Under the pieces are notes generated by a model that ran no database searches, was not told where the DNA came from, and saw only the letters and a list, made by a program, of their open reading frames with translations. The position numbers and the translations under genes were made by a program. Positions 39,627 through 46,920 of a stretch of DNA of 64,000 bases are shown in pieces (positions within the stretch are counted from its first letter, which is position 1; each line of letters opens with the position of its first letter). The DNA is from an uncultured Bacteroidales bacterium. Its GTDB lineage: Bacteria; Bacteroidota; Bacteroidia; Bacteroidales; CAZLJX01. Location: positions 13 through 64,012 of the forward strand of contig CAZLJX010000007.1 of NCBI GenBank assembly GCA_964559985.1, in the 5' to 3' direction.

Positions 39627-41015
39627 TTATTTTCTGAATTTTTTTACAAAATCGTCTACCTCTTTAACCCCGCCCTGGTAGATAAGATAACCATTGTAGG
39701 GTTCACGCGAGGTTATTTCATCATTAACCGGGGTAAGCATCATATCAATCACTTTCTGCCGCTCGGTGGTTTGTCCCAAAACCCAGCCCAGCTTAATATA
39801 AGCGGTTTCGGGCAGCATATTCTCCAGGGGCACAATTCCTTTGGCCATCAGGTCGCGGCCGGTGTCATAAACGAACATATGGGCATAACCCCAGAGGGTT
39901 TGTACGGTCATAAAAACATGAATTCCTTTTGCTGCAGCCCTTTCGATGGCCGGGTACAAAGGCTTGTTGATATGGCCTAACCCGGTACCGGCAATGATTA
40001 TTCCTTTATAACCATTATCAATAAGCGAATCAATCATATCGGGGTGCATATTGGGATAATAATATACAATGGCAACCCTTTCCTCGAAAAAGGGTAAAAC
40101 AGTGACATTTTTATCTTTCCGCCGGTGATTGTAGTCTTCTTTAATAGGGACAACACCCTTTAATGTAACTGTTCCGACAGGAGTATCGCTGATGGTCCGG
40201 AAAGTGCTTCTGTATGAGGAATGCATTTTCCTGACCCTTGTGCCTCGGTGCAAAAAATCATATTCATCGCTGGTTGGGCCGAACATGCAAACCATTACTT
40301 CGGCAATATTTCCATGGCCGGCAGCAAAGCAGGCATGCATCAGGTTAAGGGCTGCATCGCTTGATGGCCTGTCCGATGAACGCTGCGAACCTACCAGAAT
40401 AATGGGAACCGGTGAATTCTGAACCATAAAAGTCAATGCAGCTGCGGTATGTGATAGCGTATCTGTGCCATGGGCAACCACAATGCCATCGATACCGTTT
40501 TCAATTTCACGGCCAATTGATTTTGCCAACGTTTTATATTGTTCAGGACCCATATTTTCGCTAAATACCGCAAATAATTTCTCGGTTGAAAGGTTACAGA
40601 TTTTTGCCAGTTCTGGCACCGAACCATATAATTCGCCCGGTGTAAAAGCCGGAATAACAGCACCTGTACGGTAATCAAGCCTTGAAGCAATGGTTCCGCC
40701 GGTACCAAACAGTTTTACATGGGGCAACCCTTTAGTTACCGGAAACTGTTTTTCAGGAATTTTGTAATTGGCTTTCTGGTATCCGGCTTCTTTCATTTTC
40801 AAAATAGTGCGGATATCAATGCCAATGTTATAACCTGTAGCAATTTTTAAAACCAGGTGCTGGTCATCATCGTTTTCGGCCCGTGGCAGAATAGTCCCCT
40901 TGAATTCGCCCCGTGTAGTATCAATAATGGCAGTTCCCCAGACCCTGACATTATATTTCTTGAGTGTTGCAAGAGCAGCACCTTTATAACCCTGATATAT
41001 GTCGTCCATAGCCAT
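39627..41015 (-). CDS. gatD: Glu-tRNA(Gln) amidotransferase subunit D (archaeal-type GatD, glutaminase)
   Basis: GatD-specific N-terminal domain (GTILPR...LVLKIATGYNIGI), then asparaginase core TGGTIASRLDYRTGAV, HGTDT, GSQRSSDRPSSD, HRGTRVRKMH, MLPETAYIKLGWVLG. Confidence 0.93.
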   Translation of the reverse strand: MAMDDIYQGYKGAALATLKKYNVRVWGTAIIDTTRGEFKGTILPRAENDDDQHLVLKIATGYNIGIDIRTILKMKEAGYQKANYKIPEKQFPVTKGLPHVKLFGTGGTIASRLDYRTGAVIPAFTPGELYGSVPELAKICNLSTEKLFAVFSENMGPEQYKTLAKSIGREIENGIDGIVVAHGTDTLSHTAAALTFMVQNSPVPIILVGSQRSSDRPSSDAALNLMHACFAAGHGNIAEVMVCMFGPTSDEYDFLHRGTRVRKMHSSYRSTFRTISDTPVGTVTLKGVVPIKEDYNHRRKDKNVTVLPFFEERVAIVYYYPNMHPDMIDSLIDNGYKGIIIAGTGLGHINKPLYPAIERAAAKGIHVFMTVQTLWGYAHMFVYDTGRDLMAKGIVPLENMLPETAYIKLGWVLGQTTERQKVIDMMLTPVNDEITSREPYNGYLIYQGGVKEVDDFVKKFRK

Positions 41016-41025
41016 AATTCAAAAT

Positions 41026-42996
41026 TTATTGTTTATCAATCGATTGGGATAACTCGGTCAATGGCATATTTCCCAGTGCCAGGTGTCTAAGTTGCCCCAT
41101 AATCCAGTGGTGCCTTCCGTCCACTTTAAAATTACGGCGGGTTTCATCGAATTTTTTATTCATATTTTCAATAGCACCGGTTATATCATTTACATGACGT
41201 TTGCGGAATTTTATGGTTTCAAGCACACTTTCAAAATCAAGGCTCGGATTTGAATATAAAACCGGAAGCATGTAACGGGCAAGGTTGATATGCACTTTTT
41301 TTCTGGTAAGAAATTCAAACATTTTATAAATTTTATTATAACTCACCGGACTTTTGCCTTTATACCGGCCTTCCATATTTTTCACGGTCTGGCCCATAAA
41401 GGTTCCGGCAAAACGTGGAGAAATTTCCAGCTCAGTGATCATTTTTTCAATGACCGGGAAAAGGTTTTTACTCAGAATAAAAGTATAGGTATCAGCCGGA
41501 ATCTTCCATTTTACAAGTTGTTCGTAACGTTGATGAATCAATGTCGGAACATTCTTCCTGACACGTTCAATATATTCATCTTCAAGCGGAATAGGAGCTG
41601 AATCCGTATCGGGATACATGCGGTCGGCTCCGGGTAAAACACGTTCAAAAACAGTGGTGCCATCGGGAAAAGGTTTGCGGGTTTCAGACGGAACACCGGC
41701 AAAAGCCATCCTGCATCTTTCTTCAACTGTTTCAACAGCGGTGGGGATATCGGCTTCGGGCCCCCAAAGGATAATCTGCGCATCATTGATTCCTGCCTGG
41801 GTCTTTTTTCGGATCAATTCAAATACTTCTTCTTTTTCAACAGGTTCAATATCTTCTGAACAAATCATGTTAGGTTTTTCGATACAGGCAATTACTTTAA
41901 GCCGGTTGATCAGTTCGTCATAAAAAGGTTTAGACGGCTGGGTAAAGTGTGACAAAACACCCTTAAACATTGGCAGGTTGACAGCAATAATTTTTTCCCC
42001 TCGATTAAATGCTTTATGAATATGTGGGCAAGAAAACTTCATTTTATAATAATCTGTCTCGAACCATGTCATTTTCCATTCTTCAGGATTTGACATTCTT
42101 TTCAGCAGCAATTCCCTGATATGCAGCAAAGCCCATTGTCTGAATGCTTCGTTGTGGGATAAAGCCGGTATCCATCGGTTATGTGAAACACCTTTAATTT
42201 CAACCCTTGTGCCTCCCTGGCAGCTTACATTCACATCTTCCCTGCCCGCTCCTATTCCGGTTCGTACTTTTCCGGTGCTGCGGTTCAAAAAACGAATATA
42301 CTCAGCAGCTTCCATCAATTCATCGGGAGACAACAGTTCGGGTTTTGTTACTGTTTCTATAAGCGGCATTCCCAACCGGTCGGTTTTATAAATCCGGTTA
42401 TGGCCTATATCAGAAACTTCGCGGCACGAATCTTCTTCAATGGATAATTGGATTAAACCCACCTTTTTATTCCGCAGGTTGATTTCACCCTCAACACCAA
42501 GAATTGCAGTACGCTGAAAACCAGTAGGAATACTGCCATCGAGATATTGTTTGCGGGTGATATGTACTTCGCCTACCACATTCAGTTTTGATAATAAGGT
42601 AATCTCGAGGGCTATGTCGAGTGCTTCACGATTAATTTTAAATGGCGGGGTATCGTCAATTTCGTAAGTGCAGGCAGTTTCGTTACTGATACGGTAAAAA
42701 ATATTTTTACGTGTTTTAAATTCCATCAAAGCCGTCCCGTCATACTGTCCAAGTTCTGAAAGTGCTGGCCGCATGTGCCTGATAATTTCAGCCTCAAAAT
42801 TTTCGTCATCGAAATAACGTCCTGCCGGACAACGGCAAAACAGTTTTTCCCTGGTTTTTAACTGCTGATGTACTTCAAGTCCCGATTTAAAACCAATACG
42901 GCGGTAATCTGCATCGGTAGCATTTTTACGTTCAACATAACCAACCTGTTGCCTGGTGGTACTAAAATTCTCTAATGGATTAAAAGCCGGTTCCAT
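41026..42996 (-). CDS. gatE: Glu-tRNA(Gln) amidotransferase subunit E (archaeal-type GatE)
   Basis: GLEVHQQL..KLFCRCP, RPALSELG, DGSIPTGFQRT, EEDSCR, DRLGMPLIE, DVNVS..GGTRVEIKGV, AspRS-like insertion (~aa 310-440), VPSETR..DGTT..R.LPGADRMYPDTD; 10 bp upstream of gatD. Confidence 0.93.
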   Translation of the reverse strand: MEPAFNPLENFSTTRQQVGYVERKNATDADYRRIGFKSGLEVHQQLKTREKLFCRCPAGRYFDDENFEAEIIRHMRPALSELGQYDGTALMEFKTRKNIFYRISNETACTYEIDDTPPFKINREALDIALEITLLSKLNVVGEVHITRKQYLDGSIPTGFQRTAILGVEGEINLRNKKVGLIQLSIEEDSCREVSDIGHNRIYKTDRLGMPLIETVTKPELLSPDELMEAAEYIRFLNRSTGKVRTGIGAGREDVNVSCQGGTRVEIKGVSHNRWIPALSHNEAFRQWALLHIRELLLKRMSNPEEWKMTWFETDYYKMKFSCPHIHKAFNRGEKIIAVNLPMFKGVLSHFTQPSKPFYDELINRLKVIACIEKPNMICSEDIEPVEKEEVFELIRKKTQAGINDAQIILWGPEADIPTAVETVEERCRMAFAGVPSETRKPFPDGTTVFERVLPGADRMYPDTDSAPIPLEDEYIERVRKNVPTLIHQRYEQLVKWKIPADTYTFILSKNLFPVIEKMITELEISPRFAGTFMGQTVKNMEGRYKGKSPVSYNKIYKMFEFLTRKKVHINLARYMLPVLYSNPSLDFESVLETIKFRKRHVNDITGAIENMNKKFDETRRNFKVDGRHHWIMGQLRHLALGNMPLTELSQSIDKQ

Positions 42997-43290
42997 ATTC
43001 CTATCATTAAAATTTCCGGTATAAAAAGCCGAAAAATTAAGGAATTTTTATTACAACTCATTAAAAAAGCCTGATTACTTAATCATTTAAATGCCAAAAA
43101 TTCAGGAAAAGCGGTTACGATTTTATTTGAAAACCGTAAAAAACTAAAATATAGCGCATTGGTGTCGATTCATACGGACCAATTTTCAAACACCCTGAGA
43201 CACCAAATCACTGGCAGATTATTATAATATCATCCATTATTTATGATATAAATTTTACAAGATTGTTTATGGTGATACCGTAAAAAGAAG

Positions 43291-43298
43291 TAAATTTG
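43291..43298 (+). promoter_or_regulatory. Promoter -7 element for the first gene of the caspase cassette
   Basis: TAAATTTG, 36 bp upstream of ATG 43335. Confidence 0.5.
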
Positions 43299-43334
43299 AA
43301 AAATTTAAGCCCGACCATTAACAAACTGCTTTTT

Positions 43335-43946
43335 ATGAAAACAATTGCCATTATTTTCTTTTTAAGTTTTTTCATTCAGATTTCTTATGCACAGAAAACC
43401 ATTATCGATGATTGCCAGAACCTGAAACCGGGAATTTATAAAACATTTGATGAATTCAGATGCAATGCTCCTTCTATTGCTTTGGAATACGAAGTTGAAA
43501 AAATTAATGACCTGGCCTGCCGGCTCAACATTCAGAAAGAAAAAACAGAATTTATTGGCCCGGTATGGGGATTTTGCGATGGAAAAACAGCGTATATCAA
43601 TGTTGATCAGAATATGTCAGGAAGGAAAGTATTCAGGCCTGGTTCATTGTTTATGAAAATTCAATATATCGGCCGTTATTGCTATTATTTGTTTTCATCG
43701 GTGGCTTATACCAATATTTATGCAACCGGCCAGTACCTACCCTATGCAATTGATTTTAATACCGGTTTGGAAATGTGTTTAAACTGCGATATAAATTTCT
43801 GGTTTATAAAACAATCGTGGTTTAAAAAAATTATGACACGCGATTATGAATTATGGAATGAATATAAAAAAGACAAAACCGGTGGAGATTTATTTTTAAA
43901 ATATATCAGACTTTATTCAGAAAAACATAATTATGAAGTATTATAA
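43335..43946 (+). CDS. Secreted hypothetical protein; paralogue of the 33794-34459 protein
   Basis: Start moved to ATG 43335 (MKTIAIIFFLSFFIQISYAQ signal); LKPGIYKTFDEFRCNAP, VWGFCDGKTAYIN, IDFNTG, RDYELWNEY, YIRLYSEKH. Confidence 0.75.
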   Translation: MKTIAIIFFLSFFIQISYAQKTIIDDCQNLKPGIYKTFDEFRCNAPSIALEYEVEKINDLACRLNIQKEKTEFIGPVWGFCDGKTAYINVDQNMSGRKVFRPGSLFMKIQYIGRYCYYLFSSVAYTNIYATGQYLPYAIDFNTGLEMCLNCDINFWFIKQSWFKKIMTRDYELWNEYKKDKTGGDLFLKYIRLYSEKHNYEVL

Positions 43947-44034
43947 TTAACCGGCATAATGCGGGCTATTTTACGGACTTTGGATATAACTATTATTCTT
44001 TTAACAATTAATGCATTTTAACGCTTAAAAATTA

Positions 44035-44042
44035 TAAGTTTG
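44035..44042 (+). promoter_or_regulatory. Promoter -7 element for the two caspase genes
   Basis: TAAGTTTG, 20 bp upstream of ATG 44063. Confidence 0.55.
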
Positions 44043-44062
44043 GTTATAAACACAATACAACA

Positions 44063-45496
44063 ATGAAAACCTATTCAACCCTGATCATTGCCCTGTTATT
44101 GGCAGGGTGCACCACTCCAAGCCGCCTGGGTGTCAATTATAAAGGAAAACAAGTGATTAACACTTTTACCACCACCATTGACAATCCGAATATTGATCTG
44201 ACGGTTTCGCCCCTTTCAAAAGAAGATAATGGATATGATGTGAAAGTTCTCAGGAAAAATTTCATTGCCAGTGTGTATAAAAACGAAAAATTATCGGGTG
44301 TTTTACAACAATTTCCGAATGCTAAAATTGAAATGGAAATTGCTGCTTCAGAAGATATTCATAGAACATGGCTGCTTGATATCCCTTTCTTTTATCCGTG
44401 TTGCGGTTATTGGCCATTAACCCCATGGTGGGGATCAACCAATTTATCGGCCCGCATGACTGTTTCAGCCCAGGGTGCTTTTTCCAGTGAATTTAATTTT
44501 ATGGCACAGGAACCATTTTTTATAGCATTATATCCCTATTACCGCGCCGGACGAATTATGACTGAAAACTATTCACTTGCCTACAATAAGCTGTTTGATC
44601 AGGTAAAAAAATATCCCTTTGATGAATTGACAGGAAAAATGAATATTCAGCCTGTTGCCATGTATCCGGGGCAAAATAAGTATTCATTTATACGAAAGTC
44701 GGACGTTGATAACAATATTCCCGAAACAGCAAAATTGAATGAAAACCGTTTTGCTCTCATTATCGGAAACGAAGATTATTCATCGCAGCAAACCGACCTT
44801 ACCACAGAAGCCAACGTCCCCTTTGCCCGCGACGATGCCAGTGCTTTTAACGAATATGCCATTAAGGTACTGGGTATACCACAGGAAAATATAACCTTTA
44901 TGCTCGATGCCACTTCAGGTAAAATGAAACAGGCTTTGGATAAAATGAATAAACTGGCCAAAAACAGCATGGGAAATGCCGAATTATTCTTTTACTACGC
45001 CGGGCATGGTCTTCCGGATGAGGTTAGCAAAGAGCCTTACCTTATTCCTGTCGATATTAGTGGTAATAATGTTGCCGATGGTATAAAACTGGAATATGTG
45101 TACCAAAAACTTACCGAATACCCAAGTAAAAATGTTACCGTTTTTCTCGATGCCTGTTTCAGTGGTGGTGCCCGAAACCAGGGACTTATTGCTGCACGTG
45201 GTGTAAAAGTGAAACCTAAAGAAAATATGGTAAAAGGAAAACTGGTGGTATTTACAGCTTCAACGGGTGAGCAGTCTTCGCTTTCGTACAAAGATAAAGG
45301 CCATGGCTTGTTTACTTATTTTTTACTTCTGAAATTGAAAGAAACTCAGGGTAATATCACTTATAAAGAATTATCGGACTACCTGATGCAACAGGTTGGC
45401 CTTAAATCAGTAATGCTCAACAATAAAGAGCAGAACCCGCAGGTCAATGTTAGTCCTGAAATTCAAAACCAATGGCAAAACTGGAAATTAAAATAA
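44063..45496 (+). CDS. Lipoprotein with C-terminal caspase-like (peptidase C14) domain
   Basis: LAGC lipobox; unknown ~190-aa N-domain; RFALIIGNEDY, FYYAGHG (catalytic His), FLDACFSG (catalytic Cys), HGLFTYFLL. Confidence 0.9.
   Translation: MKTYSTLIIALLLAGCTTPSRLGVNYKGKQVINTFTTTIDNPNIDLTVSPLSKEDNGYDVKVLRKNFIASVYKNEKLSGVLQQFPNAKIEMEIAASEDIHRTWLLDIPFFYPCCGYWPLTPWWGSTNLSARMTVSAQGAFSSEFNFMAQEPFFIALYPYYRAGRIMTENYSLAYNKLFDQVKKYPFDELTGKMNIQPVAMYPGQNKYSFIRKSDVDNNIPETAKLNENRFALIIGNEDYSSQQTDLTTEANVPFARDDASAFNEYAIKVLGIPQENITFMLDATSGKMKQALDKMNKLAKNSMGNAELFFYYAGHGLPDEVSKEPYLIPVDISGNNVADGIKLEYVYQKLTEYPSKNVTVFLDACFSGGARNQGLIAARGVKVKPKENMVKGKLVVFTASTGEQSSLSYKDKGHGLFTYFLLLKLKETQGNITYKELSDYLMQQVGLKSVMLNNKEQNPQVNVSPEIQNQWQNWKLK
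44705..45489 (+). repeat. Direct repeat copy 1 (caspase domain); copy 2 lies 1346 bp downstream
   Basis: 44705-45298 vs 46051-46644: 594 bp with 2 synonymous mismatches by eye. 45299-45394 is a diverged patch. 45395-45489 vs 46741-46835: 95 bp with 3 synonymous mismatches. Confidence 0.95.
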
Positions 45497-45507
45497 GCAC
45501 TTAGTTT

Positions 45508-46842
45508 ATGAAATGGATATGCCTATCATTATTAGCTACATTGGCAATTATATTAAGTTCTTGCGCAACAATTATATACGGCACTAAACAAACCATTTCA
45601 GTCCAGTCAGACCCCAGCGATGCCGAGGTCTATATCAATGGAAAATATTATGGAAATACACCCTGCCTGGTTTCTGTAAAACGGAAACAAAAGAAAAGCG
45701 ATATCAATGAAAAAAATGAATTACATTATATATTAAAAAAATCCGGTTATGAAGACCGGCATATCATTGATCACAGAAGAATTACATGGGCCGCTTATCT
45801 TGATGGTTACTTAAATGTTCCGTTTGGTTTATTGTTTATTGCATCCTGTGCCGGCGATCCGGAAGTAGCAGGTACCGGCTGGAGTATCGGGCTGCCAATG
45901 GTAGCATCAATTCCACTGGATATGATGACAGGTTCATTATATTCTTATAATAAACTGATTGAGGCCAACTTAAATATTGATATTTATAAAAAAATTGAAC
46001 CTGGAAATAATAAAAATGCCAAAGATTACACTTACATAAGAAACGCCGATGTTGATAACAATATTCCCGAAACAGCAAAATTGAATGAAAACCGTTTTGC
46101 ACTCATTATCGGGAACGAAGATTATTCATCGCAGCAAACCGACCTTACCACAGAAGCCAACGTCCCCTTTGCCCGCGACGATGCCAGTGCTTTTAACGAA
46201 TATGCCATTAAGGTACTGGGTATACCACAGGAAAATATAACCTTTATGCTCGATGCCACTTCAGGTAAAATGAAACAGGCTTTGGATAAAATGAATAAAC
46301 TGGCCAAAAACAGCATGGGAAATGCCGAATTATTCTTTTACTACGCCGGGCATGGTCTTCCGGATGAGGTTAGCAAAGAGCCTTACCTTATTCCTGTCGA
46401 TATTAGTGGTAATAATGTTGCCGATGGTATAAAACTGGAATATGTGTACCAAAAACTTACCGAATACCCAAGTAAAAATGTTACCGTTTTTCTCGATGCC
46501 TGTTTCAGTGGTGGTGCCCGAAACCAGGGACTTATTGCTGCACGTGGTGTAAAAGTGAAACCTAAAGAAAATATGGTAAAAGGAAAACTGGTGGTATTTA
46601 CAGCTTCAACGGGTGAGCAGTCTTCGCTTTCGTACAAAGATAAAAGTCATGGATTATTTACCTACTTCCTGTTGTTGAAGCTACAAGAATCTCAAGGTGA
46701 AGTTACATATAAAGAATTATCAGATTATCTTTCCCTAAAAGTTGGCCTCAAATCAGTAATGCTCAACAATAAAGAGCAGAACCCGCAGGTCAATGTCAGT
46801 CCTGAAATTCAAAACCAGTGGCAAAACTGGAAATTCAGATGA
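45508..46842 (+). CDS. Lipoprotein with PEGA-like N-domain and C-terminal caspase-like (peptidase C14) domain
   Basis: LSSC lipobox; ISVQSDPSDAEVYINGKYYGNTP (PEGA-like); hydrophobic hairpin; same YAGHG / DACFSG dyad as the upstream gene. Confidence 0.9.
   Translation: MKWICLSLLATLAIILSSCATIIYGTKQTISVQSDPSDAEVYINGKYYGNTPCLVSVKRKQKKSDINEKNELHYILKKSGYEDRHIIDHRRITWAAYLDGYLNVPFGLLFIASCAGDPEVAGTGWSIGLPMVASIPLDMMTGSLYSYNKLIEANLNIDIYKKIEPGNNKNAKDYTYIRNADVDNNIPETAKLNENRFALIIGNEDYSSQQTDLTTEANVPFARDDASAFNEYAIKVLGIPQENITFMLDATSGKMKQALDKMNKLAKNSMGNAELFFYYAGHGLPDEVSKEPYLIPVDISGNNVADGIKLEYVYQKLTEYPSKNVTVFLDACFSGGARNQGLIAARGVKVKPKENMVKGKLVVFTASTGEQSSLSYKDKSHGLFTYFLLLKLQESQGEVTYKELSDYLSLKVGLKSVMLNNKEQNPQVNVSPEIQNQWQNWKFR
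46051..46835 (+). repeat. Direct repeat copy 2 (caspase domain)
   Basis: See copy 1; constant offset of 1346 bp. Confidence 0.95.
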
Positions 46843-46875
46843 AAATAACAGCTGAGACAGCTTACCTGTTATTTT
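46842..46875. terminator. Probable bidirectional terminator between caspase gene 2 and the convergent dipeptidase
   Basis: AAAATAACAG...CTGTTATTTT inverted repeat with inner TGAG/CTTA pairing. Confidence 0.65.
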
Positions 46876-46920
46876 CGTTTTTTGCAAGGCAGGTTCACCT
46901 GAAATAGGATAAGTTTCCTT

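Noticed and set aside
39627-41015. Plain L-asparaginase, or the MurT/GatD peptidoglycan amidase (name collision)
   Set aside because: It has the GatD-specific N-terminal domain and SRLDYRTGAV / SQRSSDRPSSD motifs and is paired with gatE; it lacks the class I glutamine amidotransferase fold of MurT-associated GatD.
41026-42996. Bacterial GatB
   Set aside because: Its length (656 aa), the AspRS-like insertion, the DGS..GFQRT and PGA.RMYP motifs, and the gatD partner with no gatA/gatC all indicate GatE.
37094-42996. gatE-gatD-wzz-waaL as one pathway amidating a surface polysaccharide
   Set aside because: Same strand, but a 78-bp AT-rich gap could hold a separate promoter, and GatE retains tRNA-amidotransferase architecture; there is no sequence support beyond adjacency.
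43159-43206. 8-bp inverted repeat TTGGTGTC...GACACCAA between gatE and the caspase cassette as a mobile-element end
   Set aside because: Short, with a 32-nt non-pairing spacer; no partner at the other cassette boundary and no target-site duplication; plausible by chance.
44705-46835. Diversity-generating retroelement (TR/VR pair) as the source of the caspase repeat
   Set aside because: No reverse transcriptase in the window; both copies are in-frame coding; differences are synonymous and not restricted to adenines.
43335-46842. Gasdermin- or CHAT-type (Craspase) cell-death locus
   Set aside because: No gasdermin-like, TPR-CHAT, NACHT or Cas gene is recognisable; all three proteins carry export signals. 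A defence role remains speculative.
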